Source: an uncultured Dehalococcoidia bacterium (GTDB lineage: Bacteria > Chloroflexota > Dehalococcoidia > Lucifugimonadales > UBA3495). Taken from it: DNA of 64,000 nt. The notes beneath the pieces were generated by a model. That model had not been told where the DNA came from and did no database searches. It saw nothing but the letters and a program-made list of their open reading frames with translations. Shown piece by piece: positions 32,349-41,745 of the stretch (its first letter is position 1; each line of letters begins with the position of its first letter). Position numbers and translations under genes: made by a program. The stretch is from the NCBI GenBank assembly GCA_964502995.1, contig CAZCZB010000001.1, positions 45,854 through 109,853 on the forward strand, in the 5' to 3' direction.

Positions 32349-33878
32349 TTACTCTCGTGCCGCCGGATGGACCAGCCACTTTCCGCGCTGGCCGGGGATC
32401 GGCTCGACCAAGCCCTCGGTTTCCAGGCGACGGATGGCGTCATTCCGGCGGTCTGGATCGGTACGAAAAGATCTCCAACCCAACGTCAACAGCGACCGCA
32501 GCCCGACCACCAGCTCGCCCTCGGCGTCGGTGCTGACGCCCTTGGCGCCGCTGTACACGGCGTCACCGATGGCCCTCCACGCGATGAGCGCGTCGTTGGC
32601 CTCCTGGGTTGCCATGCTCATGCTGGCCACACGGCGCAGTTCGTTGCCGTACCAGTCGGCCAGGTCAATGCCGGCCTGGGCCTCGTCCGGTGTCATGGTC
32701 AGGTCGGAGCCGGGGCTGACCGTCTGATAGCCGCGCAACGCGGTCAGCAGCCCGGCGATGCGCTGGGCGTGTTCCGTGGATCGGTTGTGCCAGCCGGCCA
32801 TGACGGTGTCCCCGTCGCCGTTGGCCGTGGCAACGAGCACGTACTCGGTCTCCAGGTACGAGCGCATCATCCCGTGGGCCTCCAGGTCCAGTGTGATGTT
32901 GGCCCGTTCCGGCGTCCGGTAGCCCGCGAATTCGACGCCGTCGTTCTGGCGCCGGAGGGCCTCCGCCATGATGCGCTCGATGCCGTTGAATCGGCGCTTG
33001 GCGTCGGCGCGTTCCTGACGGGACAGATCCGGCGGCAGGTCTTCGAGGTCCGCCTGATACGACACCAGCAACCGTTGGGCATAACCGTTGGCGGCGGCCG
33101 GGTCCATCACCCATGAAGCGAAGGGGCCGGGCTGCCCGAAAAACAGGCAGGACAGATAGCGGCCGGTGATCGTATAGTCGGTCTGATCGCGCACGCGGTT
33201 GACATGTATGCCGGTGCCGTCCCAAAGGGCGGCGTAGTCGTGCATGGTCTTGGGCCGGTTGGCGGACTTGCCGGACCAACCGTCGGTCAACGTCACCAGC
33301 TCGGTCAGATATTGCCACTGGGCGGGCCGGCCCTCCGCCAGGCATTGCATCAGGGCCTCGATGGTGGCGTCGGACCGGAGCACCTGGGGCGATGAACGGG
33401 CCGGGGCCCGGTCGGGATTGTCGTCGCGGGCGGCTTTGTCGGCGTGGGACCACCACGCCTTGGCGTCGCGCCAACGCAGGCCGACGGCGGTATCGGCCTG
33501 GTCGAATATCTTCTTGACCTCGCCCAGGGTCGAGGACTTGCGCTGTCCCGTGGGCGCGGCGCAGATCGCATAGACCTGGAGCGGGAGGTCGGGGCCGATG
33601 CCCTGCACCACGTAGTCCAGCTGAGCGACGCCGGCCAGACCCGCCAGCAGAGCCGTGCCCGCCATGGCGGGGTTGGCGCCAGTGAGTTCGTAGAGCGCAT
33701 CGACGGCATCCTGCACGACCGGCGGCAGCTTGTGCAGCGGATATGGGGCCTGATCCGGTATGCGGGCATCGAGCGTCGGCTCCGGCCACTCGATGGCCGG
33801 GAGCGCCGGCCTTGATGGGCCGTCGTCCCGTTCGGGAGGGGCGTTCGCCATTGCCGCGAGGTCGGTTGTATCAGCCAT
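32349..33878 (-). CDS. DUF3987/P4-type replicative helicase-like protein
   Basis: 509 aa. Walker-A-like ICAAPTGQRKSS. Position next to the Toprim primase, and its size, fit phage primase-helicase partners. Confidence 0.6.
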   Translation of the reverse strand: MADTTDLAAMANAPPERDDGPSRPALPAIEWPEPTLDARIPDQAPYPLHKLPPVVQDAVDALYELTGANPAMAGTALLAGLAGVAQLDYVVQGIGPDLPLQVYAICAAPTGQRKSSTLGEVKKIFDQADTAVGLRWRDAKAWWSHADKAARDDNPDRAPARSSPQVLRSDATIEALMQCLAEGRPAQWQYLTELVTLTDGWSGKSANRPKTMHDYAALWDGTGIHVNRVRDQTDYTITGRYLSCLFFGQPGPFASWVMDPAAANGYAQRLLVSYQADLEDLPPDLSRQERADAKRRFNGIERIMAEALRRQNDGVEFAGYRTPERANITLDLEAHGMMRSYLETEYVLVATANGDGDTVMAGWHNRSTEHAQRIAGLLTALRGYQTVSPGSDLTMTPDEAQAGIDLADWYGNELRRVASMSMATQEANDALIAWRAIGDAVYSGAKGVSTDAEGELVVGLRSLLTLGWRSFRTDPDRRNDAIRRLETEGLVEPIPGQRGKWLVHPAARE

Positions 33879-33913
33879 CGTGCTTGTTCAATTCGGCGTT
33901 GGTGGCGTTGTCG

Positions 33914-35941
33914 TCATTCCGTAGGTTGGGCGTCAGACAGCGTGGCCCGGACGAGCGCGGCCGCCAGATGGACGGGAACCGCGTTGCCGATTTGCTTCGT
34001 GACCTCGCTGATGTTGCCCACGAACTCGTACTGCGACTCCTCGTCGTCAAACCCCATGGCCCGGGCCAGCTCGGCGTTCTCCAGCATCCTGAACCGGATG
34101 TCCAGCAGGTGAGGCTGGCCGTCCACGAAAACGATGCGCCTGGGGTCGATGCCGGCTTCGACGGCCTCGCGGGCGATGTCCTCCGCGATGGTGGGCGTAA
34201 CCAGGTTGCCCGCCCCTCGACTGGTGACTTTGGGCAGCGGGTCGGACACGTCATGCACCCTCGGCTCCTGACCGGAAGCCTCGCCGAAGTTGGGCACGAT
34301 GTAGGACTGCGCCACCGGAACCGTCAGCGTCAAATCTCCCTTGGTGGTCATGGTGGGCAGTGGGCTATCCAGCGGCCGGCTATAGTCGCCGCTGCGTCCC
34401 GTCTGACTGATCCGGGCCACGATGGGTTGCGCCAACCCCAGCCCCGGCGAGGTGGTGATAGAACCCAACGGCTTATCCACCGAGTGGACACGGCGGTCGT
34501 CGCCCTTCTCCCCCTGGCTGCCGTTGCCGTGGGCCAGTTTGATCACGGCGGGGTTGGCCAGCCCATGACGCGCCTTCGTGGTAACCGTGTGCAGGGGATC
34601 GTCGATGCTGGCGGCATCGCTGTTGCCGTAGTATTCGACGATAACCGGACTGACGACGGCGTGTTTACGGCAGCCGGTGATCGCCGACAGCGGGTGAGCC
34701 GTGTCCTGGGCGAAGCTCTGGCCGTAATACTGGATGATGGTCGGGCGTACCAGCGAGATCTTGCCCGCCGTGGCGATGGTAGGGGTCGGCTCCTCGGTCG
34801 ATCTTGGCGCTCCGGCGCTCTGCTGGCCCAGCATGAAGGGCCGCAGGTCCGGCTCGACGAGAATGCTGCCGCCGCCGTGGGCCGTGGTGATACAGGGAAC
34901 CGGCTCATCGACACCCTTGGGGGCATTGTCGGTCCGGTTCGCGTTCAGGAACGGTTCGGCGTCGGTGTTCACCAGGTAGCCGCCGCCCTGGCAGGTGACG
35001 GTTGGGAACGGATCATCGATTGAATGGAAGCGGCCGGTCCCGTTCTCGCCGTGGCGATTCAGGATGAACGCCTGCGCCGGCAGATCGGCGGGATCCGCGC
35101 CGATCTCGTCTTCCAGGTCCAATAGCCGGATGTAGAGCGGGGCCAGCGGACCGCCGAAATGCTGGAGGCCCTTGGCGATGCGCCGGCGCGTCTTGGGGCT
35201 GAGCGGACGCTTCCGGTACTTGGGGTCGTCCAGCAGGGAGCGTCCCAGGTTCTCCCAGTTGATGATCTCCTTGGCCCCGCGCCAGGGTTGCCGCCCCGGG
35301 AACATCCCCGTGTCGCCCCTGGCATGGGACGGCTCGGGCCAAACCGTCGGCCTGCCGTCCTTCCGGGCCAGCAGAAAGAACCGGGTGCGCGTGGTCGCGT
35401 CGCCGTAGTCGGCGGCGTTGAGCATCTTCCACTCGGCGGTGTAGCCCAGGGCGTGGAAGGTCAGGAACCAGGCTTCAAAATGCTTGCCGCGCTGGGACTT
35501 ATCGGGCCGTCCACTTTCGTCGAGAGGCCCCCAATTCACGAACTCCGGCACGTTCTCTATGATGACGCAGCGGACATCGAGCTTGGTGAGCCAATTGTGG
35601 ATCGCCCAGGGGTTCATCCTGCCCTGGTCGTGAATGGGCTTGCCGCCCCGTGCGCGGGAGTAGAACCGGCACTCCGGGCTGGCCATCAGCAGGTCCAGCC
35701 GGCCCCCCGGTACGACGGCCTCGGGATCCACGATGCTGACGTCCTCCACCAGGTGCCTGGCCGTGGGATGGTTGGCCTGGTGTGTGGCGATAGCGGTGTT
35801 CCAGTGGTTGATTGCCACCAGGTCCATGGCGCTGCCGAGGTCCTCTATGGCGTGTTGGGCGCCGGTCGAGGAACCGCCGGCTCCACAGAAGAGGTCGGCG
35901 ACGAGGAACGTACTCTGCAAATCTATGGTGGATGCTTTCAC
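33914..35941 (-). CDS. DNA (cytosine-5) methyltransferase with an expanded, 8-fold repeated target-recognition region
   Basis: GTG start. Motif I DLFCGAGGSS, PC-type motif IV ASPECRFYS, VIIENVPEF, TTRTRFFLLA and motif X GNAVPV. Between VIII and IX there are eight D-x-P-x-x-[TS]-[IV]-T units. Confidence 0.9.
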   Translation of the reverse strand: MKASTIDLQSTFLVADLFCGAGGSSTGAQHAIEDLGSAMDLVAINHWNTAIATHQANHPTARHLVEDVSIVDPEAVVPGGRLDLLMASPECRFYSRARGGKPIHDQGRMNPWAIHNWLTKLDVRCVIIENVPEFVNWGPLDESGRPDKSQRGKHFEAWFLTFHALGYTAEWKMLNAADYGDATTRTRFFLLARKDGRPTVWPEPSHARGDTGMFPGRQPWRGAKEIINWENLGRSLLDDPKYRKRPLSPKTRRRIAKGLQHFGGPLAPLYIRLLDLEDEIGADPADLPAQAFILNRHGENGTGRFHSIDDPFPTVTCQGGGYLVNTDAEPFLNANRTDNAPKGVDEPVPCITTAHGGGSILVEPDLRPFMLGQQSAGAPRSTEEPTPTIATAGKISLVRPTIIQYYGQSFAQDTAHPLSAITGCRKHAVVSPVIVEYYGNSDAASIDDPLHTVTTKARHGLANPAVIKLAHGNGSQGEKGDDRRVHSVDKPLGSITTSPGLGLAQPIVARISQTGRSGDYSRPLDSPLPTMTTKGDLTLTVPVAQSYIVPNFGEASGQEPRVHDVSDPLPKVTSRGAGNLVTPTIAEDIAREAVEAGIDPRRIVFVDGQPHLLDIRFRMLENAELARAMGFDDEESQYEFVGNISEVTKQIGNAVPVHLAAALVRATLSDAQPTE

Positions 35942-35966
35942 TTTGGGTCTCCGATAGCGTGTAGGT

Positions 35967-36476
35967 TTATGTCTGGTAGAGCATCGGCGTCGCCGCCTTG
36001 GGCAGGTACAGCGGATGGCGGGGCGCTCCGCCCTTCGTGGTCCCGAGGCAGTACAGCGACCTGTGCCGGAACCTGCTCAACATCGTCGCCACCGTGTCTC
36101 CCCGGTCCCGGTGGTGGCCGTGGACGCCCCAGGCACAAACCGTCAACGTCGCGTTGTCGTGCATGTCCACCAGGGCATCGTCGTTGTCAGGGCCGACCGG
36201 GTCGTCGCTCTCGTAGAGCCGGTTCGGGTCGGTGGCACGGAGGGCAAAGAGGTTGCCCACCACGAGGCCGCCGAAGTCCCAGCGCCGGGCGTAGTCAATG
36301 CAGCGGCGGATGGTCGGATCATCCTGGCTGGCGTCGGCGGTGGACGGGTTCAGCATGATGAACAGGCACGACGGCTTGTCGGCGTCCCATTCGCGCCAGA
36401 GGCGGTAGCGGTACACGCCGTCGTCGGAGAGGACGGCCCCACTGGTTGGCGGAAGGTTTAGGTCTAGGGGCAACAT
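35967..36476 (-). CDS. DUF1643-family protein
   Basis: 169 aa. YRYRLWREW...CLFIMLNPSTADASQDDPTIRRCIDYA...VVGNLFALRATDP is the DUF1643 signature. Confidence 0.8.
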   Translation of the reverse strand: MLPLDLNLPPTSGAVLSDDGVYRYRLWREWDADKPSCLFIMLNPSTADASQDDPTIRRCIDYARRWDFGGLVVGNLFALRATDPNRLYESDDPVGPDNDDALVDMHDNATLTVCAWGVHGHHRDRGDTVATMLSRFRHRSLYCLGTTKGGAPRHPLYLPKAATPMLYQT

Positions 36477-36479
36477 GGC

Positions 36480-36725
36480 TCACTTCTCCAGAGCTATGCA
36501 CGTAGGGCAATCGACTACCTCAGTCGAAACGCGATAGTGAGCGCCGTTGGCAGGTACATCCATCGACCCGCAAGCGGTCCATGCACAAAACGTTGCCCGA
36601 GGATTCTTCGGTACCAACGGTTCGCCAAGGACCCAATGCACGGTCCCAGCGCGGTCGCAATAGACGGCCTGACCGATCTTCAACGAGGTATAAGGAAGGT
36701 GGTCTTTCGGGTTGGCTAAAGTCAT
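36480..36725 (-). CDS. small hypothetical protein
   Basis: 81-aa ORF, tightly packed. Confidence 0.5.
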   Translation of the reverse strand: MTLANPKDHLPYTSLKIGQAVYCDRAGTVHWVLGEPLVPKNPRATFCAWTACGSMDVPANGAHYRVSTEVVDCPTCIALEK

Positions 36726-36816
36726 TAGTCCTTCTCCAATGGTGTGACGGTGATGCAGACCGGTCTCGATGCCATCGGCCGCTGGGCGATGAGGTTGAGC
36801 AGGTTGTCGGTCATGG

Positions 36817-37050
36817 TCAGTCCTGTACTCCGTTGATGTCGTGCCACAGCGAGATGAGCGAGACCATCGGGCGGGTCAGACTGCGCTTCAACGACCGGAA
36901 CCTCGGCGGAGACTCATTGGCGTACTTCCATGCCGGCGAGCCGATCACCGCTTCGGAGGTCGTCTTGAGCGCGTCCTGCACCAGGACGTAGTAGCGCAGG
37001 TGGAGTTGCTGCTGGTCGGCCATGCCACCCTCCAATTCGGTGCCTACCAT
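36817..37050 (-). CDS. small hypothetical protein (77 aa)
   Basis: Start at ATG 37050 after AAGGAG (MVGTELEGGMADQQQ...). Confidence 0.5.
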   Translation of the reverse strand: MVGTELEGGMADQQQLHLRYYVLVQDALKTTSEAVIGSPAWKYANESPPRFRSLKRSLTRPMVSLISLWHDINGVQD

Positions 37051-37345
37051 CGTTTGTACTCCTTGGACGGGTCGCCATTCGGACGACGCCGACCGGTATC
37101 GGGAGACCTGAACCAGCCGTCCGGTTCGTCCGCTCCTGTGTTCACCATTTCTGCAAGGGCCGCGACCGCGGCCAGTAAATCGGAGTATCAATATGAGCGG
37201 GCCAGGCCGGGACGTACGGGGCCCAAGTAATGCAAGCGCCACCCGCCCATAAACAGCGGCTGTAACTCCCAATTCCGCACCTCTTCGAGGAATGCGGAGT
37301 CCTGGGTTGCTTCGGCGGCGGCACAGGTTTCGGATACTTCGGGTG

Positions 37346-37696
37346 TCATTGGGTCTTTCCTTTCGCCTTGGCGATGGCTAAGCGGGCGGCGGCGCAATTC
37401 TCGTGATGATCGCCCGAGTCAAGCGGGATGAAGCTGTCGGGACAAATGCACCAGTCATCGGATGGCCCGCGATTCAAACCAAGCAGCGCAGACATCAGGT
37501 AGGGAGCGGCTCTTATGGTGGCGTCGCTGAGATGGTTCGGCACCAACACCAGCCGCCAGTCCGCTCCGTTGCAGCAGGTGATCTCGTGATTGCACCGGCG
37601 GTAGCCGCACTCGGAACAATGGCTGCATGGGATTTGCAGGTCTCCTAAATTGGGGATAACCATTCGCAACTTGTCGGTGTGTTCGCAATCAGGCAT
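37346..37696 (-). CDS. Cys-rich hypothetical protein
   Basis: 116 aa. CSHCSECGYRRC and a C-terminal LAIAKAKGKTQ. Confidence 0.55.
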   Translation of the reverse strand: MPDCEHTDKLRMVIPNLGDLQIPCSHCSECGYRRCNHEITCCNGADWRLVLVPNHLSDATIRAAPYLMSALLGLNRGPSDDWCICPDSFIPLDSGDHHENCAAARLAIAKAKGKTQ

Positions 37697-37698
37697 GG

Positions 37699-38175
37699 CT
37701 ATCTCCCTTCACCCACGGGTGAACCGGACATGAGCATGGGAGGCATCCGGCCGGTGGCATAGGCTTCGTCCACCTGAGGGGAAAGCCAGTCAATGGCGCG
37801 GTGGTTGTTCGGCAATACCAGGTGAGCCATGAACTCTTCCTCCAGGGTGCTGATGCCGGACTCCACCGCTTCGAGCTTGGCCTTGATAACCAGGAGCAGG
37901 GCCCGCCAGCGTTGGCGACAGGCTTGTTCCCATGCTCTCTGCCATGCGTCTTCGCTGCGCCGCTGCCGGGTTGGCGTGAGGGTAAAGTTGTTCGCATCGG
38001 GCATGGTCATCACCATGCGGAACCGGCGACCGGACAACATGAACTCGATGAATGTCTGCCCGCCCTCGATGTTCTCTCCTCGCAGGAATGCCGTCGCTCC
38101 GTAACGGGCGAGCAGAGATTCAATCTCGGCCTTGCTGCGTTCAATCGATACAGTGGTTTTGCGTGCGTAGGTCAT
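37699..38175 (-). CDS. hypothetical protein (158 aa)
   Basis: Start at ATG 38175 (MTYARKTTVSIERSKAEIESLL...). The longer track ORF overlaps the methylase gene. Confidence 0.55.
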   Translation of the reverse strand: MTYARKTTVSIERSKAEIESLLARYGATAFLRGENIEGGQTFIEFMLSGRRFRMVMTMPDANNFTLTPTRQRRSEDAWQRAWEQACRQRWRALLLVIKAKLEAVESGISTLEEEFMAHLVLPNNHRAIDWLSPQVDEAYATGRMPPMLMSGSPVGEGR

Positions 38176-38182
38176 TCGCTTT

Positions 38183-39739
38183 TCACCTGTCTTCTGTATC
38201 CTCGTAGACCAGCGGCATTGGTAGGTTGGTCGCTTCCAGGTTGCGGCGGGCCAACGCGAGATAATCGGGGTTGAGGTCCAGGCCAACGGAACGCCGGCCC
38301 AGGCGTTGGGCGACGATGCTGGTGGTGCCCCGGCCGACGAAACAGTCCAGGACGGTGGCGGGCACGGTATCGGCGCCGCACTCGCAGGTGGGCCGCCACT
38401 GGTCGGTAGATACCATCGTTGGTTTCCACCCCGTGCTATCGGTTTTCGTTGGGCAATTCCCAGGAACATGGGCGGGCTCACGTTGATTGACGTGTCCGGT
38501 TTTCTCCGCCACGCGGACCCAGGGGTTGCCGCATTGGGCGCAGACGCCGCGCTCGCTGGTGCCGGCCAGGATGCACAGCTCAGGCAGGCGGTCGGGGAAC
38601 GAGGCGTAGTGCGTGTCCTTCCTCCCCTGCGTCGGGATCACCCACCAGTTGCGAAGGTTGGCGCTGCCGATTAGGCCGTTCGACATTGCAGACGTAAAAC
38701 CCTCATTGGCTCTAACCATGCCCGGCTCACCGACTTTGTTTTTCGACGAGGTGTTGGGGTTTTTACCAAATCGTTCTATCGTGCTATTGGCGTACGGCTG
38801 CCGGACAGCCTCAGCGTCATAGAAATAGCGGGCCTGCTTCGTCAGGTGGAACACGTACTCCACCCCCGACGTGGTGCGGTCGTTGACCGACTCCGGCATG
38901 GGGTTGGGCTTGATCCAGTGGTTGGTCTGCCGCGCGATCCAGCCGGGCGTTTCCACCGCGACGCCGTGGCTGCCCAGGCATTCGGGGCAGATAAGCCGGC
39001 CGTCGGGCCAGCGTCCGTATCTGCTCTGATGATGCGTCGCCTCGCACTCGCGGCAGGTGAGCCACGGCTGCTGCAACGCCAGCGCCACGCGGTGGGGCTG
39101 GAACACCAGGTTTTTGGCGGCCAACCCTTCCACCGGCATGTTGCCGCCACCCCAACGTCCGCTGCCCTCTCCGCGCGCAACCCGCTTCCCACGTACCACG
39201 GGGATGTTCAGGGTGCCCCGATTGGTCTTCTGTTTCTCACCGTCCGAGTGCGTCCCGTCCGCGTTCATGCCCTTGCCGCTGCCCGCGTAGGCGTCGCCCA
39301 AGTTGAGCCAGACGCTGCCGTCGTCGCGGAGCACGCGGCGGACCTCGCGCAGCACGGCGACGATGTTGGCCAGCCATTCCTCCAGGGACGGCTCCAGGCC
39401 GATGCCGGCCGATTGCTGGTGGGCACCGCAGTGTCCGCACACTCCGTTGGGCCAGTGTTCGGGAGCATCCCCGCCGTAACTCGCGGTCGTGTCCAGTCGG
39501 TCCGGCCAATCCCGCTGCTGCTGGTGGTCCCGAGCGTGTCGTATGTGGTCGCAGTGCGGGTCCCCGCCTTCCCACGTCGCCAGCCCGTAATCCCTGAGCG
39601 ACCAGTAAGGCGGTGATGTCACAACGCAGTGGACGGACTGGTCTGGGAGCGGGAGGTAGCGGGCATCGCCCTTCCGCAGCTCGACCAGGCCATTGCTCCA
39701 AACCACACTATCCGCTTGGGCTATCGGGTATTCAGGCAT
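38183..39739 (-). CDS. beta-class N4-cytosine/N6-adenine DNA methyltransferase with zinc-ribbon insert
   Basis: Motif IV VVTSPPYW is N-terminal and motif I VLDCFVGRGTTS is C-terminal (beta order). Inserted CRECEA...CPEC. Start placed at ATG 39739. Confidence 0.85.
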   Translation of the reverse strand: MPEYPIAQADSVVWSNGLVELRKGDARYLPLPDQSVHCVVTSPPYWSLRDYGLATWEGGDPHCDHIRHARDHQQQRDWPDRLDTTASYGGDAPEHWPNGVCGHCGAHQQSAGIGLEPSLEEWLANIVAVLREVRRVLRDDGSVWLNLGDAYAGSGKGMNADGTHSDGEKQKTNRGTLNIPVVRGKRVARGEGSGRWGGGNMPVEGLAAKNLVFQPHRVALALQQPWLTCRECEATHHQSRYGRWPDGRLICPECLGSHGVAVETPGWIARQTNHWIKPNPMPESVNDRTTSGVEYVFHLTKQARYFYDAEAVRQPYANSTIERFGKNPNTSSKNKVGEPGMVRANEGFTSAMSNGLIGSANLRNWWVIPTQGRKDTHYASFPDRLPELCILAGTSERGVCAQCGNPWVRVAEKTGHVNQREPAHVPGNCPTKTDSTGWKPTMVSTDQWRPTCECGADTVPATVLDCFVGRGTTSIVAQRLGRRSVGLDLNPDYLALARRNLEATNLPMPLVYEDTEDR

Positions 39740-40130
39740 AACGGTCAATCCATCGCCATTGCCACCAGGCTTCGTTGATGACCAACTCGGCCCAGAGGTC
39801 GTTTTTGTATCCATTCCACATTTGCAAGTCGCGGATCGCGGGGTCGTCGCTGTACTTCGTCAACATCCAATCACGGCCACAAAAGCGGGAGCGTGCGTCC
39901 TCAGCCATTTCCCGATCCAACCGTTGCTGCCAACGGAGAAATCGGGGGCTGGCTTCGTGGCCGGCTATCCAATCGCCCTCGGCGACGGACGCGCCGCACT
40001 TACGGCACCGCCAGCGGGGAGCCGTGCGATACTCGGTCATGTAGCGCTCGCGGTGTCCATTGCCGCACCGCGGTTTGTCAGGCGACGGCGGACCGAGCCA
40101 TGCGGGGCTAACACAGATGGCGGATGTCAT
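39732..40130 (-). CDS. hypothetical protein
   Basis: 132-aa ORF with start/stop overlaps on both sides. Confidence 0.5.
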   Translation of the reverse strand: MTSAICVSPAWLGPPSPDKPRCGNGHRERYMTEYRTAPRWRCRKCGASVAEGDWIAGHEASPRFLRWQQRLDREMAEDARSRFCGRDWMLTKYSDDPAIRDLQMWNGYKNDLWAELVINEAWWQWRWIDRYA

Positions 40131-40564
40131 GCTGCCTCCAGCCCTCGATTCACGGCGGCCATCGTTTCACTGTCCGGGAGCCACAACCCCAGCGCGCCTT
40201 TCGCCTCCACCGGTTCCGGCAATACCCGCAGGTTGCCCAGTTGCCATGCCCACCGGCCCGGGCTGTAATCCCCATAGCGGCGTTCATTGGGCGGGAGGTC
40301 CGCCGGCAACATCAACCCATCGGTGCGGTAGCACTCCATGAGATCGACGGCGCACAGGATCGCGCTTTGGGGCAGTTCCTCATCCAGGATGCCCTCATTG
40401 AGCAACTCCGCAGTGAAGGCGCGGTCGATGCCCTTACCGGCGTGTATCAGCAACGGCCCGCGATAGGTGGGTGCCCAACTCCGCGTCTCAAACCGTTTCA
40501 AGTGCAGGGCGATGAGCGACGCCCACGGTTGCCAAAGAGTGATAGCGCGAGGCGCGTCAGTCAT
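40127..40564 (-). CDS. ASCH-domain protein
   Basis: 145 aa. AITLWQPWASLIALHLKRFETRSW matches the ASCH N-terminal pattern. Confidence 0.75.
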   Translation of the reverse strand: MTDAPRAITLWQPWASLIALHLKRFETRSWAPTYRGPLLIHAGKGIDRAFTAELLNEGILDEELPQSAILCAVDLMECYRTDGLMLPADLPPNERRYGDYSPGRWAWQLGNLRVLPEPVEAKGALGLWLPDSETMAAVNRGLEAA

Positions 40565-40859
40565 AAATCCTCCTCAGCACCTCGCGAGGATTGACTTTGC
40601 CGTGCTCGATGTCGTTCAGGGATAGCGGCGTAATTCCCAACATCTGGGCGCGTTCTCGCCCGCCGACGTTATGAGCGATGCGATCACGGCGCAGCAGTTC
40701 TCCGCAACGGATCCACTCGGCTTGCTCGGACGGGATCGCCCGTTCGCCTTTGCATCTGAAGCAGGGCATGGTTCGGATGCTGCCGCCGTCAGGTCCGCAG
40801 ACCAGCCCTGTGATGTCGCCGGATGCGTTGCAGTCGGGGCATGGAATCATCGAGGTCAT
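40557..40859 (-). CDS. zinc-finger + XRE-type HTH protein
   Basis: CPDCNASG...CFRCKG, then RERAQMLGITPLSLNDIEHGKVNP. Confidence 0.65.
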   Translation of the reverse strand: MTSMIPCPDCNASGDITGLVCGPDGGSIRTMPCFRCKGERAIPSEQAEWIRCGELLRRDRIAHNVGGRERAQMLGITPLSLNDIEHGKVNPREVLRRIYD

Positions 40860-40863
40860 ACCA

Positions 40864-41121
40864 TCACTTCTCCCACACCAAGATGCAGTGGCTGTTGTCG
40901 AGGCCGAAACCTTGGATCTCGACCAGTCGATGCCCTTCCTCCACCCGGCGGTTTATGCGACTCAGGGCTTGGCGGCACTTCACGGTTTCCGCCCCGCCGC
41001 CAAAGAGCGTTACGCGCTCCGGCAAAGCTGGCGTTGGTTGCGGTGGTGGTCCGCCCTTGCCACAGGCAACCCCGAGGGCCAACAGTGTGGCTACCCCGAA
41101 CGCGGCGATTTGGTACTTCAT
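40864..41121 (-). CDS. putative lipoprotein
   Basis: 85 aa. The signal-like MKYQIAAFGVATLLALGVAC has Cys at the lipobox position. Confidence 0.5.
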   Translation of the reverse strand: MKYQIAAFGVATLLALGVACGKGGPPPQPTPALPERVTLFGGGAETVKCRQALSRINRRVEEGHRLVEIQGFGLDNSHCILVWEK

Positions 41122-41483
41122 GAGGACGCCTCGTCGCTTGGGCGCGCCGGTTGGCGCGGCGGTCGATACTCAAAGCGGGTAAAGTCCCCGTGTTCATCCG
41201 TGTAGCCAACGATAAAGCCCCAGCTGTCCGGTCCGATGCCAAACAGTCCGTTGATGACACCCAGCAGCCGCACTCGGTAAGGGCCGTGCTGTAGCGGGTC
41301 GTCGGTCTCGTCGTCGGTCTCCGGGTCATACGCGCCAACCTGGATGCTCCAGTGGTCGCCCAGGTCCCAGTTGCATTCCACGGAATGTTTGAGCAAGGCG
41401 TTCATCGCCACACGGTCGGCTTCAAGGGCCTCGTTCAGAACCTTGATCGCCAGTTGGATTGCGGGGATGTTTGGTGTCGTCAT
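41118..41483 (-). CDS. hypothetical protein
   Basis: 121-aa ORF with a 4-nt overlap. Confidence 0.5.
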   Translation of the reverse strand: MTTPNIPAIQLAIKVLNEALEADRVAMNALLKHSVECNWDLGDHWSIQVGAYDPETDDETDDPLQHGPYRVRLLGVINGLFGIGPDSWGFIVGYTDEHGDFTRFEYRPPRQPARPSDEASS

Positions 41484-41514
41484 CTTGGGTCGTCTCCTCT
41501 TCTCTCGGCAGAGT

Positions 41515-41745
41515 TCAAGTTCGGCTACTGAGTTTCTCGCCGATACGTTTCACGAGTCGCTTTTCGGCTGTCTGTAAGGCAGAGCGTGAGATGTACCCGC
41601 GAACTTTCAACCGTACCAGCGCGTTGGCGTCCAATTGCTCGTGCTCCCAATCAGCCTCCGACCCTCCCAATTGCTCGTGCAACGGTGGAGCCAAAGTGCC
41701 GAAAACCACTTCCGTGTTGGCTGGGAGATGTTTACTCGTCGTCAT
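41515..41745 (-). CDS. small hypothetical protein (76 aa)
   Basis: Start at ATG 41745 in an AUGA overlap with the upstream stop. Confidence 0.5.
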   Translation of the reverse strand: MTTSKHLPANTEVVFGTLAPPLHEQLGGSEADWEHEQLDANALVRLKVRGYISRSALQTAEKRLVKRIGEKLSSRT

